DNA of 64,000 bases from the human T2T-CHM13v2.0 reference genome, Homo sapiens. The translations under genes and the position numbers were made by a program. Below, one piece after another: positions 11,501 to 26,500 of the stretch (positions are counted from its first letter, which is position 1; every line of letters begins with the position of its first letter). Location of the stretch: the NCBI RefSeq assembly GCF_009914755.1, contig NC_060941.1; one strand, 5' to 3'. Under the pieces are notes generated by a model. That model was given only the letters and a program-made list of their open reading frames with translations. It had not been told where the DNA came from and did not search any database.

Positions 11501-14500
11501 GAGCATTTCGTTGGAAACGGGATAAACTGCACAGAACTAAACAGAAGCATTCTCAGAACCTTCTTCGTGATGTCTGCATTCAACTCACAGTGTGGAACCT
11601 TTCTTTGATAGTTCAGGTTTGAAACACTCTTTTTGTAGAAACTGCAAGGGGATAATTGCACTCTTTGAGGAGTACCGTAGTAAAGGAAATAACTTCCTAT
11701 AAAAAGAAGACAGAAGCTTTCTCAGAAAATTCTTTGGGATGATTGAGTTGAACTCACAGAGCTGAGCATTCCTTGCGATGTAGCAGTTTAGAAACACACT
11801 TTCTGCAGAATCTGCAAGTGCATATTTGGACCTCTGTGAGGAATTCGTTGGAAACGGGATAATTTCAGCTGACTAAACAGAAGCAGTCTCAGAATCTTCT
11901 TTGTGATGTTTGCATTCAAATCCCCGAGTTGAACTTTCCTTTCAAAGTTCACGTTTGAAACACTCTTTTTGCAGGATCTACAAGTGGATATTTGGACCAC
12001 TCTGTGTCCTTCGTTCGAAACGGGTATATCTTCACATGACATCTAGACAGAAGCATCCTCAGAAGCTTCTCTGTGATGACTGCATTCAACTCACGGAGTT
12101 GAACACTCCTTTTGAGAGCGCAGTTTTGAAACTCTCTTTCTGTGGCATCTGCAAGGGGACATGTAGACCTCTTTGAAGATTTCGTTGGAAACGGAATCAT
12201 CTTCACATAAAAACTATACAGATGCATTCTCAGGAACTTTTTGGTGATGTTTGTATTCAACTCCCAGAGTTGAACTTTCCTTTGGAAAGAGCAGCTATGA
12301 AACACTGTTTTTCTAGAATCTGCAAGTGGACGTTTGGAGGGCTTTGTGGTTTGTGGTGGAAAAGGAAATATCTTCACCTAAATACTAGATAGAAGCATTC
12401 TCAGAAACTGCTTTGTGATGATTGCATTCACCTCACAGAGTTGAACATTCCTATTGATAGAGCAGTTTGGAAACACTCTTGTTGTGGAATGTGCAAGTGG
12501 AGATTTGGAGCGCTTTGAGGCCTATGGTAGTAAAGGGAATAGCTTCATAGAAAAACTAGACAGAAGCATTCTCAGAAAATGCTTTGTGATGATTGAGTTT
12601 AACTCACAGAGCTGAACATTCCTTTGGATGGAGCAGGTTTGAGACACACCTTTTGTAGAATCTACAAGTGGATATTTGGACCTCTCTGAGGATTTCGTTG
12701 GAAACGGGATAACTGCACCTAACTAAACGGAAGCATTCTCAGAAACTTCTTGGTGATGTTTGCATTCAAATCCCAGAGTTGAACCTTCCTTTGATAGTTC
12801 AGGTTTGAAACACTCTTTTTGTAGGATCTGCAAGTGGATATTTGGACCACTCTGTGGCCTTCGTTCGAAACGGGTATATCTTCGCATAAAATCTAGACAG
12901 AAGCCTTCTCAGAAACTTCTCTGTGATGATTGCATTCAACTCACAGAGTTGAACCCTCCTATGGATAGAGCAGTGTTGAAACTCTCTTTTTGTGGAATCT
13001 GCAAGTGGCTACGTGGACCTCTCCGAAGATGTCTTTGGAAACGGGAATATCTTCACATAAAAACTAAACAGAAGCATTCTCAGAAACTTCTCTGTGATGT
13101 TTGTGTTCAACTCCCAGAGTTTCACATTGCTTTTCATAGAGTAGTTCTGAAACATGCTTTTCGTAGTGTCTACAAGTGGACATTTGGAGCGCTTTCAGGC
13201 CTGTGGTGGAAAACGAATTATGGTCACATAAAAACTGGAGAGAAGCATTGTCAGAAACTTCTTTGTGATGATTGCATTCAACTCACAGAGTTGAAGGTTC
13301 CTTTTCAAAGAGCAGTTTCCAATCACTCTTTCTGTGGAATCTGCAAGTGGATATTTGGACCTATTTTGAAGATTTCGTTGGAAACGGGAGAATCTTCACA
13401 GGAAAGCTAAACAGAAGCATTCTCAGAAACTTCTTTGTGATGCTTGCATTCAACTCACAGAGTTGAACTTTCCTTTCGAGAGAGAAGCTTTGAAACACTC
13501 TTTCTCCAGAATCTGCAAGTGGACATTTGGAGGGCTTTGAGGCCTGTGGTGGAAAAGGAATTATCTTCCCGTAAAAGCTAGATAGAAGCATTCTCAGAAA
13601 CTACTTTGTGATGATTGCATTCAAGTCACAGAGTTGAACATTCCCTTTGACAGAGCAGTTTGGAAACTCTCTTTGTGTAGAATCTGCAAGTGGAGATATG
13701 GACCGCTTTGAGGCCTATGGTAGTAAAGGAAATAGCTTCATATAAAAGCTAGACAGTAGCATTCACAGAAAACTCTTGGTGACGACTGAGTTTAACTCAC
13801 AGAGCTGAACATTCCTTTGGATGGAGCAGTTTCGAAACACACTATTTGTAGAATGTGCAAGTGGATATTTAGGCCTCTCTGAGGATTTCGTTGGAAACGG
13901 GATAAACCGCACAGAACTAAACAGAAGCATTCTCAGAACCTTCTTCGTGATGTTTGCATTCAACTCACAGTGTTGAACCTTTCTTTGATAGTTCAGGTTT
14001 GAAACGGTCTTTCTGTAGAAACTGCAAGTAGATATTTGGACCTCTCTGAGGATTTCGTTGGAAACGGGATAACCCGCACAGAACTAAAACAGAAGCATTC
14101 TCAGAACCCTCTTCGTGATGTTTGCATTCAACTCACAGTGCTGAACCTTTCTTTGATAGTTCAGCTTTGAAACACTCTTTTTGTGGAAACTGCAAGTGGA
14201 TATTTGGTCCTCTCTGAGGAATTCGTTGGAAACGGGATAAACTGCACAGAACTAAACAGAAGCATTCTCAGAACCTTCTTCGTGATGTCTGCATTCAACT
14301 CACAGTGTGGAACCTTTCTTTGATAGTTCAGGTTTGAAACACTCTTTTTGTAGAAACTGCAAGGGGATAATTGCACTCTTTGAGGAGTACCGTAGTAAAG
14401 GAAATAACTTCCTATAAAAAGAAGACAGAAGCTTTCTCAGAAAATTCTTTGGGATGATTGAGTTGAACTCACAGAGCTGAGCATTCCTTGCGATGTAGCA

Positions 14501-17500
14501 GTTTAGAAACACACTTTCTGCAGAATCTGCAAGTGCATATTTGGACCTCTGTGAGGAATTCGTTGGAAACGGGATAATTTCAGCTGACTAAACAGAAGCA
14601 GTCTCAGAATCTTCTTTGTGATGTTTGCATTCAAATCCCCGAGTTGAACTTTCCTTTCAAAGTTCACGTTTGAAACACTCTTTTTGCAGGATCTACAAGT
14701 GGATATTTGGACCACTCTGTGTCCTTCGTTCGAAACGGGTATATCTTCACATGACATCTAGACAGAAGCATCCTCAGAAGCTTCTCTGTGATGACTGCAT
14801 TCAACTCACGGAGTTGAACACTCCTTTTGAGAGCGCAGTTTTGAAACTCTCTTTCTGTGGCATCTGCAAGGGGACATGTAGACCTCTTTGAAGATTTCGT
14901 TGGAAACGGAATCATCTTCACATAAAAACTACACAGATGCATTCTCAGGAACTTTTTGGTGATGTTTGTATTCAACTCCCAGAGTTGAACTTTCCTTTGG
15001 AAAGAGCAGCTATGAGACACTGTTTTTCTAGAATCTGCAAGTGGACGTTTGGAGGGCTTTGTGGTTTGTGGTGGAAAAGGAAATATCTTCACCTAAATAC
15101 TAGATAGAAGCATTCTCAGAAACTGCTTTGTGATGATTGCATTCACCTCACAGAGTTGAACATTCCTATTGATAGAGCAGTTTGGAAACACTCTTGTTGT
15201 GGAATGTGCAAGTGGAGATTTGGAGCGCTTTGAGGCCTATGGTAGTAAAGGGAATAGCTTCATAGAAAAACTAGACAGAAGCATTCTCAGAAAATACTTT
15301 GTGATGATTGAGTTTAACTCACAGAGCTGAACATTCCTTTGGATGGAGCAGGTTTGAGACACACTTTTTGTAGAATCTACAAGTGGATATTTGGACCTCT
15401 CTGAGGATTTCGTTGGAAACGGGATAACTGCACCTAACTAAACGGAAGCATTCTCAGAAACTTCTTGGTGATGTTTGCATTCAAATCCCAGAGTTGAACC
15501 TTCCTTTGATAGTTCAGGTTTGAAACACTCTTTTTGTAGGATCTGCAAGTGGATATTTGGACCACTCTGTGGCCTTCGTTCGAAACGGGTATATCTTCGC
15601 ATAAAATCTAGACAGAAGCCTTCTCAGAAACTTCTCTGTGATGATTGCATTCAACTCACAGAGTTGAACCCTCCTATGGATAGAGCAGTGTTGAAACTCT
15701 CTTTTTGTGGAATCTGCAAGTGGATACGTGGACCTCTCCGAAGATGTCTTTGGAAACGGGAATATCTTCACATAAAAACTAAACAGAAGCATTCTCAGAA
15801 ACTTCTCTGTGATGTTTGTGTTCAACTCCCAGAGTTTCACATTGCTTTTCATAGAGTAGTTCTGAAACATGCTTTTCGTAGTGTCTACAAGTGGACATTT
15901 GGAGCGCTTTCAGGCCTGTGGTGGAAAACGAATTATGGTCACATAAAAACTGGAGAGAAGCATTGTCAGAAACTTCTTTGTGATGATTGCATTCAACTCA
16001 CAGAGTTGAAGGTTCCTTTTCAAAGAGCAGTTTCCAATCACTCTTTCTGTGGAATCTGCAAGTGGATATTTGGACCTATTTTGAAGATTTCGTTGGAAAC
16101 GGGAGAATCTTCACAGGAAAGCTAAACAGAAGCATTCTCAGAAACTTCTTTGTGATGCTTGCATTCAACTCACAGAGTTGAACTTTCCTTTCGAGAGAGA
16201 AGCTTTGAAACACTCTTTCTCCAGAATCTGCAAGTGGACATTTGGAGGGCTTTGAGGCCTGTGGTGGAAAAGGAATTATCTTCCCGTAAAAGCTAGATAG
16301 AAGCATTCTCAGAAACTACTTTGTGATGATTGCATTCAAGTCACAGAGTTGAACATTCCCTTTGACAGAGCAGTTTGGAAACTCTCTTTGTGTAGAATCT
16401 GCAAGTGGAGATATGGACCGCTTTGAGGCCTATGGTAGTAAAGGAAATAGCTTCATATAAAAGCTAGACAGTAGCATTCACAGAAAACTCTTGGTGACGA
16501 CTGAGTTTAACTCACAGAGCTGAACATTCCTTTGGATGGAGCAGTTTCGAAACACACTATTTGTAGAATGTGCAAGTGGATATTTAGGCCTCTCTGAGGA
16601 TTTCGTTGGAAACGGGATAAACCGCACAGAACTAAACAGAAGCATTCTCAGAACCTTCTTCGTGATGTTTGCATTCAACTCACAGTGTTGAACCTTTCTT
16701 TGATAGTTCAGGTTTGAAACGGTCTTTCTGTAGAAACTGCAAGTAGATATTTGGACCTCTCTGAGGATTTCGTTGGAAACGGGATAACCCGCACAGAACT
16801 AAAACAGAAGCATTCTCAGAACCCTCTTCGTGATGTTTGCATTCAACTCACAGTGCTGAACCTTTCTTTGATAGTTCAGCTTTGAAACACTCTTTTTGTA
16901 GAAACTGCAAGTGGATATTTGGTCCTCTCTGAGGAATTCGTTGGAAACGGGATAAACTGCACAGAACTAAACAGAAGCATTCTCAGAACCTTCTTCGTGA
17001 TGTCTGCATTCAACTCACAGTGTGGAACCTTTCTTTGATAGTTCAGGTTTGAAACACTCTTTTTGTAGAAACTGCAAGGGGATAATTGCACTCTTTGAGG
17101 AGTACCGTAGTAAAGGAAATAACTTCCTATAAAAAGAAGACAGAAGCTTTCTCAGAAAATTCTTTGGGATGATTGAGTTGAACTCACAGAGCTGAGCATT
17201 CCTTGCGATGTAGCAGTTTAGAAACACACTTTCTGCAGAATCTGCAAGTGCATATTTGGACCTCTGTGAGGAATTCGTTGGAAACGGGATAATTTCAGCT
17301 GACTAAACAGAAGCAGTCTCAGAATCTTCTTTGTGATGTTTGCATTCAAATCCCCGAGTTGAACTTTCCTTTCAAAGTTCACGTTTGAAACACTCTTTTT
17401 GCAGGATCTACAAGTGGATATTTGGACCACTCTGTGTCCTTCGTTCGAAACGGGTATATCTTCACATGACATCTAGACAGAAGCATCCTCAGAAGCTTCT

Positions 17501-20500
17501 CTGTGATGACTGCATTCAACTCACGGAGTTGAACACTCCTTTTGAGAGCGCAGTTTTGAAACTCTCTTTCTGTGGCATCTGCAAGGGGACATGTAGACCT
17601 CTTTGAAGATTTCGTTGGAAACGGAATCATCTTCACATAAAAACTACACAGATGCATTCTCAGGAACTTTTTGGTGATGTTTGTATTCAACTCCCAGAGT
17701 TGAACTTTCCTTTGGAAAGAGCAGCTATGAAACACTGTTTTTCTAGAATCTGCAAGTGGACGTTTGGAGGGCTTTGTGGTTTGTGGTGGAAAAGGAAATA
17801 TCTTCACCTAAATACTAGATAGAAGCATTCTCAGAAACTGCTTTGTGATGATTGCATTCACCTCACAGAGTTGAACATTCCTATTGATAGAGCAGTTTGG
17901 AAACACTCTTGTTGTGGAATGTGCAAGTGGAGATTTGGAGCGCTTTGAGGCCTATGGTAGTAAAGGGAATAGCTTCATAGAAAAACTAGACAGAAGCATT
18001 CTCAGAAAATACTTTGTGATGATTGAGTTTAACTCACAGAGCTGAACATTCCTTTGGATGGAGCAGGTTTGAGACACACTTTTTGTAGAATCTACAAGTG
18101 GATATTTGGACCTCTCTGAGGATTTCGTTGGAAACGGGATAACTGCACCTAACTAAACGGAAGCATTCTCAGAAACTTCTTGGTGATGTTTGCATTCAAA
18201 TCCCAGAGTTGAACCTTCCTTTGATAGTTCAGGTTTGAAACACTCTTTTTGTAGGATCTGCAAGTGGATATTTGGACCACTCTGTGGCCTTCGTTCGAAA
18301 CGGGTATATCTTCGCATAAAATCTAGACAGAAGCCTTCTCAGAAACTTCTCTGTGATGATTGCATTCAACTCACAGAGTTGAACCCTCCTATGGATAGAG
18401 CAGTGTTGAAACTCTCTTTTTGTGGAATCTGCAAGTGGATACGTGGACCTCTCCGAAGATGTCTTTGGAAACGGGAATATCTTCACATAAAAACTAAACA
18501 GAAGCATTCTCAGAAACTTCTCTGTGATGTTTGTGTTCAACTCCCAGAGTTTCACATTGCTTTTCATAGAGTAGTTCTGAAACATGCTTTTCGTAGTGTC
18601 TACAAGTGGACATTTGGAGCGCTTTCAGGCCTGTGGTGGAAAACGAATTATGGTCACATAAAAACTGGAGAGAAGCATTGTCAGAAACTTCTTTGTGATG
18701 ATTGCATTCAACTCACAGAGTTGAAGGTTCCTTTTCAAAGAGCAGTTTCCAATCACTCTTTCTGTGGAATCTGCAAGTGGATATTTGGACCTATTTTGAA
18801 GATTTCGTTGGAAACGGGAGAATCTTCACAGGAAAGCTAAACAGAAGCATTCTCAGAAACTTCTTTGTGATGCTTGCATTCAACTCACAGAGTTGAACTT
18901 TCCTTTCGAGAGAGAAGCTTTGAAACACTCTTTCTCCAGAATCTGCAAGTGGACATTTGGAGGGCTTTGAGGCCTGTGGTGGAAAAGGAATTATCTTCCC
19001 GTAAAAGCTAGATAGAAGCATTCTCAGAAACTACTTTGTGATGATTGCATTCAAGTCACAGAGTTGAACATTCCCTTTGACAGAGCAGTTTGGAAACTCT
19101 CTTTGTGTAGAATCTGCAAGTGGAGATATGGACCGCTTTGAGGCCTATGGTAGTAAAGGAAATAGCTTCATATAAAAGCTAGACAGTAGCATTCACAGAA
19201 AACTCTTGGTGACGACTGAGTTTAACTCACAGAGCTGAACATTCCTTTGGATGGAGCAGTTTCGAAACACACTATTTGTAGAATGTGCAAGTGGATATTT
19301 AGGCCTCTCTGAGGATTTCGTTGGAAACGGGATAAACCGCACAGAACTAAACAGAAGCATTCTCAGAACCTTCTTCGTGATGTTTGCATTCAACTCACAG
19401 TGTTGAACCTTTCTTTGATAGTTCAGGTTTGAAACGGTCTTTCTGTAGAAACTGCAAGTAGATATTTGGACCTCTCTGAGGATTTCGTTGGAAACGGGAT
19501 AACCCGCACAGAACTAAAACAGAAGCATTCTCAGAACCCTCTTCGTGATGTTTGCATTCAACTCACAGTGCTGAACCTTTCTTTGATAGTTCAGCTTTGA
19601 AACACTCTTTTTGTAGAAACTGCAAGTGGATATTTGGTCCTCTCTGAGGAATTCGTTGGAAACGGGATAAACTGCACAGAACTAAACAGAAGCATTCTCA
19701 GAACCTTCTTCGTGATGTCTGCATTCAACTCACAGTGTGGAACCTTTCTTTGATAGTTCAGGTTTGAAACACTCTTTTTGTAGAAACTGCAAGGGGATAA
19801 TTGCACTCTTTGAGGAGTACCGTAGTAAAGGAAATAACTTCCTATAAAAAGAAGACAGAAGCTTTCTCAGAAAATTCTTTGGGATGATTGAGTTGAACTC
19901 ACAGAGCTGAGCATTCCTTGCGATGTAGCAGTTTAGAAACACACTTTCTGCAGAATCTGCAAGTGCATATTTGGACCTCTGTGAGGAATTCGTTGGAAAC
20001 GGGATAATTTCAGCTGACTAAACAGAAGCAGTCTCAGAATCTTCTTTGTGATGTTTGCATTCAAATCCCCGAGTTGAACTTTCCTTTCAAAGTTCACGTT
20101 TGAAACACTCTTTTTGCAGGATCTACAAGTGGATATTTGGACCACTCTGTGTCCTTCGTTCGAAACGGGTATATCTTCACATGACATCTAGACAGAAGCA
20201 TCCTCAGAAGCTTCTCTGTGATGACTGCATTCAACTCACGGAGTTGAACACTCCTTTTGAGAGCGCAGTTTTGAAACTCTCTTTCTGTGGCATCTGCAAG
20301 GGGACATGTAGACCTCTTTGAAGATTTCGTTGGAAACGGAATCATCTTCACATAAAAACTACACAGATGCATTCTCAGGAACTTTTTGGTGATGTTTGTA
20401 TTCAACTCCCAGAGTTGAACTTTCCTTTGGAAAGAGCAGCTATGAAACACTGTTTTTCTAGAATCTGCAAGTGGACGTTTGGAGGGCTTTGTGGTTTGTG

Positions 20501-23500
20501 GTGGAAAAGGAAATATCTTCACCTAAATACTAGATAGAAGCATTCTCAGAAACTGCTTTGTGATGATTGCATTCACCTCACAGAGTTGAACATTCCTATT
20601 GATAGAGCAGTTTGGAAACACTCTTGTTGTGGAATGTGCAAGTGGAGATTTGGAGCGCTTTGAGGCCTATGGTAGTAAAGGGAATAGCTTCATAGAAAAA
20701 CTAGACAGAAGCATTCTCAGAAAATACTTTGTGATGATTGAGTTTAACTCACAGAGCTGAACATTCCTTTGGATGGAGCAGGTTTGAGACACACTTTTTG
20801 TAGAATCTACAAGTGGATATTTGGACCTCTCTGAGGATTTCGTTGGAAACGCGATAACTGCACCTAACTAAACGGAAGCATTCTCAGAAACTTCTTGGTG
20901 ATGTTTGCATTCAAATCCCAGAGTTGAACCTTCCTTTGATAGTTCAGGTTTGAAACACTCTTTTTGTAGGATCTGCAAGTGGATATTTGGACCACTCTGT
21001 GGCCTTCGTTCGAAACGGGTATATCTTCGCATAAAATCTAGACAGAAGCCTTCTCAGAAACTTCTCTGTGATGATTGCATTCAACTCACAGAGTTGAACC
21101 CTCCTATGGATAGAGCAGTGTTGAAACTCTCTTTTTGTGGAATCTGCAAGTGGCTACGTGGACCTCTCCGAAGATGTCTTTGGAAACGGGAATATCTTCA
21201 CATAAAAACTAAACAGAAGCATTCTCAGAAACTTCTCTGTGATGTTTGTGTTCAACTCCCAGAGTTTCACATTGCTTTTCATAGAGTAGTTCTGAAACAT
21301 GCTTTTCGTAGTGTCTACAAGTGGACATTTGGAGCGCTTTCAGGCCTGTGGTGGAAAACGAATTATGGTCACATAAAAACTGGAGAGAAGCATTGTCAGA
21401 AACTTCTTTGTGATGATTGCATTCAACTCACAGAGTTGAAGGTTCCTTTTCAAAGAGCAGTTTCCAATCACTCTTTCTGTGGAATCTGCAAGTGGATATT
21501 TGGACCTATTTTGAAGATTTCGTTGGAAACGGGAGAATCTTCACAGAAAAGCTAAACAGAAGCATTCTCAGAAACTTCTTTGTGATGCTTGCATTCAACT
21601 CACAGAGTTGAACTTTCCTTTCGAGAGAGAAGCTTTGAAACACTCTTTTTCCAGAATCTGCAAGTGGACATTTGGAGGGCTTTGAGGCCTGTGGTGGAAA
21701 AGGAATTATCTTCCCGTAAAAGCTAGATAGAAGCATTCTCAGAAACTACTTTGTGATGATTGCATTCAAGTCACAGAGTTGAACATTCCCTTTGACAGAG
21801 CAGTTTGGAAACTCTCTTTGTGTAGAATCTGCAAGTGGAGATATGGACCGCTTTGAGGCCTATGGTAGTAAAGGAAATAGCTTCATATAAAAGCTAGACA
21901 GTAGCATTCACAGAAAACTCTTGGTGACGACTGAGTTTAACTCACAGAGCTGAACATTCCTTTGGATGGAGCAGTTTCGAAACACACTATTTGTAGAATG
22001 TGCAAGTGGATATTTAGGCCTCTCTGAGGATTTCGTTGGAAACGGGATAAACCGCACAGAACTAAACAGAAGCATCCTCAGAACCTTCTTCGTGATGTTT
22101 GCATTCAACTCACAGTGTTGAACCTTTCTTTGATAGTTCAGGTTTGAAACGGTCTTTCTGTAGAAACTGCAAGTAGATATTTGGACCTCTCTGAGGATTT
22201 CGTTGGAAACGGGATAACCCGCACAGAACTAAAACAGAAGCATTCTCAGAACCCTCTTCGTGATGTTTGCATTCAACTCACAGTGCTGAACCTTTCTTTG
22301 ATAGTTCAGCTTTGAAACACTCTTTTTGTAGAAACTGCAAGTGGATATTTGGTCCTCTCTGAGGAATTCGTTGGAAACGGGATAAACTGCACAGAACTAA
22401 ACAGAAGCATTCTCAGAACCTTCTTCGTGATGTCTGCATTCAACTCACAGTGTGGAACCTTTCTTTGATAGTTCAGGTTTGAAACACTCTTTTTGTAGAA
22501 ACTGCAAGGGGATAATTGCACTCTTTGAGGAGTACCGTAGTAAAGGAAATAACTTCCTATAAAAAGAAGACAGAAGCTTTCTCAGAAAATTCTTTGGGAT
22601 GATTGAGTTGAACTCACAGAGCTGAGCATTCCTTGCGATGTAGCAGTTTAGAAACACACTTTCTGCAGAATCTGCAAGTGCATATTTGGACCTCTGTGAG
22701 GAATTCGTTGGAAACGGGATAATTTCAGCTGACTAAACAGAAGCAGTCTCAGAATCTTCTTTGTGATGTTTGCATTCAAATCCCCGAGTTGAACTTTCCT
22801 TTCAAAGTTCACGTTTGAAACACTCTTTTTGCAGGATCTACAAGTGGATATTTGGACCACTCTGTGTCCTTCGATCGAAACGGGTATATCTTCACATGAC
22901 ATCTAGACAGAAGCATCCTCAGAAGCTTCTCTGTGATGACTGCATTCAACTCACGGAGTTGAACACTCCTTTTGAGAGCGCAGTTTTGAAACTCTCTTTC
23001 TGTGGCATCTGCAAGGGGACATGTAGACCTCTTTGAAGATTTCGTTGGAAACGGAATCATCTTCACATAAAAACTACACAGATGCATTCTCAGGAACTTT
23101 TTGGTGATGTTTGTATTCAACTCCCAGAGTTGAACTTTCCTTTGGAAAGAGCAGCTATGAAACACTGTTTTTCTAGAATCTGCAAGTGGACGTTTGGAGG
23201 GCTTTGTGGTTTGTGGTGGAAAAGGAAATATCTTCACCTAAATACTAGATAGAAGCATTCTCAGAAACTGCTTTGTGATGATTGCATTCACCTCACAGAG
23301 TTGAACATTCCTATTGATAGAGCAGTTTGGAAACACTCTTGTTGTGGAATGTGCAAGTGGAGATTTGGAGCGCTTTGAGGCCTATGGTAGTAAAGGGAAT
23401 AGCTTCATAGAAAAACTAGACAGAAGCATTCTCAGAAAATACTTTGTGATGATTGAGTTTAACTCACAGAGCTGAACATTCCTTTGGATGGAGCAGGTTT

Positions 23501-26500
23501 GAGACACACTTTTTGTAGAATCTACAAGTGGATATTTGGACCTCTCTGAGGATTTCGTTGGAAACGGGATAACTGCACCTAACTAAACGGAAGCATTCTC
23601 AGAAACTTCTTGGTGATGTTTGCATTCAAATCCCAGAGTTGAACCTTCCTTTGATAGTTCAGGTTTGAAACACTCTTTTTGTAGGATCTGCAAGTGGATA
23701 TTTGGACCACTCTGTGGCCTTCGTTCGAAACGGGTATATCTTCGCATAAAATCTAGACAGAAGCCTTCTCAGAAACTTCTCTGTGATGATTGCATTCAAC
23801 TCACAGAGTTGAACCCTCCTATGGATAGAGCAGTGTTGAAACTCTCTTTTTGTGGAATCTGCAAGTGGATACGTGGACCTCTCCGAAGATGTCTTTGGAA
23901 ACGGGAATATCTTCACATAAAAACTAAACAGAAGCATTCTCAGAAACTTCTCTGTGATGTTTGTGTTCAACTCCCAGAGTTTCACATTGCTTTTCATAGA
24001 GTAGTTCTGAAACATGCTTTTCGTAGTGTCTACAAGTGGACATTTGGAGCGCTTTCAGGCCTGTGGTGGAAAACGAATTATGGTCCCATAAAAACTGGAG
24101 AGAAGCATTGTCAGAAACTTCTTTGTGATGATTGCATTCAACTCACAGAGTTGAAGGTTCCTTTTCAAAGAGCAGTTTCCAATCACTCTTTCTGTGGAAT
24201 CTGCAAGTGGATATTTGGACCTATTTTGAAGATTTCGTTGGAAACGGGAGAATCTTCACAGGAAAGCTAAACAGAAGCATTCTCAGAAACTTCTTTGTGA
24301 TGCTTGCATTCAACTCACAGAGTTGAACTTTCCTTTCGAGAGAGAAGCTTTGAAACACTCTTTTTCCAGAATCTGCAAGTGGACATTTGGAGGGCTTTGA
24401 GGCCTGTGGTGGAAAAGGAATTATCTTCCCGTAAAAGCTAGATAGAAGCATTCTCAGAAACTACTTTGTGATGATTGCATTCAAGTCACAGAGTTGAACA
24501 TTCCCTTTGACAGAGCAGTTTGGAAACTCTCTTTGTGTAGAATCTGCAAGTGGAGATATGGACCGCTTTGAGGCCTATGGTAGTAAAGGAAATAGCTTCA
24601 TATAAAAGCTAGACAGTAGCATTCACAGAAAACTCTTGGTGACGACTGAGTTTAACTCACAGAGCTGAACATTCCTTTGGATGGAGCAGTTTCGAAACAC
24701 ACTATTTGTAGAATGTGCAAGTGGATATTTAGGCCTCTCTGAGGATTTCGTTGGAAACGGGATAAACCGCACAGAACTAAACAGAAGCATTCTCAGAACC
24801 TTCTTCGTGATGTTTGCATTCAACTCACAGTGTTGAACCTTTCTTTGATAGTTCAGGTTTGAAACGGTCTTTCTGTAGAAACTGCAAGTAGATATTTGGA
24901 CCTCTCTGAGGATTTCGTTGGAAACGGGATAACCCGCACAGAACTAAAACAGAAGCATTCTCAGAACCCTCTTCGTGATGTTTGCATTCAACTCACAGTG
25001 CTGAACCTTTCTTTGATAGTTCAGCTTTGAAACACTCTTTTTGTAGAAACTGCAAGTGGATATTTGGTCCTCTCTGAGGAATTCGTTGGAAACGGGATAA
25101 ACTGCACAGAACTAAACAGAAGCATTCTCAGAACCTTCTTCGTGATGTCTGCATTCAACTCACAGTGTGGAACCTTTCTTTGATAGTTCAGGTTTGAAAC
25201 ACTCTTTTTGTAGAAACTGCAAGGGGATAATTGCACTCTTTGAGGAGTACCGTAGTAAAGGAAATAACTTCCTATAAAAAGAAGACAGAAGCTTTCTCAG
25301 AAAATTCTTTGGGATGATTGAGTTGAACTCACAGAGCTGAGCATTCCTTGCGATGTAGCAGTTTAGAAACACACTTTCTGCAGAATCTGCAAGTGCATAT
25401 TTGGACCTCTGTGAGGAATTCGTTGGAAACGGGATAATTTCAGCTGACTAAACAGAAGCAGTCTCAGAATCTTCTTTGTGATGTTTGCATTCAAATCCCC
25501 GAGTTGAACTTTCCTTTCAAAGTTCACGTTTGAAACACTCTTTTTGCAGGATCTACAAGTGGATATTTGGACCACTCTGTGTCCTTCGTTCGAAACGGGT
25601 ATATCTTCACATGACATCTAGACAGAAGCATCCTCAGAAGCTTCTCTGTGATGACTGCATTCAACTCACGGAGTTGAACACTCCTTTTGAGAGCGCAGTT
25701 TTGAAACTCTCTTTCTGTGGCATCTGCAAGGGGACATGTAGACCTCTTTGAAGATTTCGTTGGAAACGGAATCATCTTCACATAAAAACTACACAGATGC
25801 ATTCTCAGGAACTTTTTGGTGATGTTTGTATTCAACTCCCAGAGTTGAACTTTCCTTTGGAAAGAGCAGCTATGAAACACTGTTTTTCTAGAATCTGCAA
25901 GTGGACGTTTGGAGGGCTTTGTGGTTTGTGGTGGAAAAGGAAATATCTTCACCTAAATACTAGATAGAAGCATTCTCAGAAACTGCTTTGTGATGATTGC
26001 ATTCACCTCACAGAGTTGAACATTCCTATTGATAGAGCAGTTTGGAAACACTCTTGTTGTGGAATGTGCAAGTGGAGATTTGGAGCGCTTTGAGGCCTAT
26101 GGTAGTAAAGGGAATAGCTTCATAGAAAAACTAGACAGAAGCATTCTCAGAAAATACTTTGTGATGATTGAGTTTAACTCACAGAGCTGAACATTCCTTT
26201 GGATGGAGCAGGTTTGAGACACACTTTTTGTAGAATCTACAAGTGGATATTTGGACCTCTCTGAGGATTTCGTTGGAAACGGGATAACTGCACCTAACTA
26301 AACGGAAGCATTCTCAGAAACTTCTTGGTGATGTTTGCATTCAAATCCCAGAGTTGAACCTTCCTTTGATAGTTCAGGTTTGAAACACTCTTTTTGTAGG
26401 ATCTGCAAGTGGATATTTGGACCACTCTGTGGCCTTCGTTCGAAACGGGTATATCTTCGCATAAAATCTAGACAGAAGCCTTCTCAGAAACTTCTCTGTG

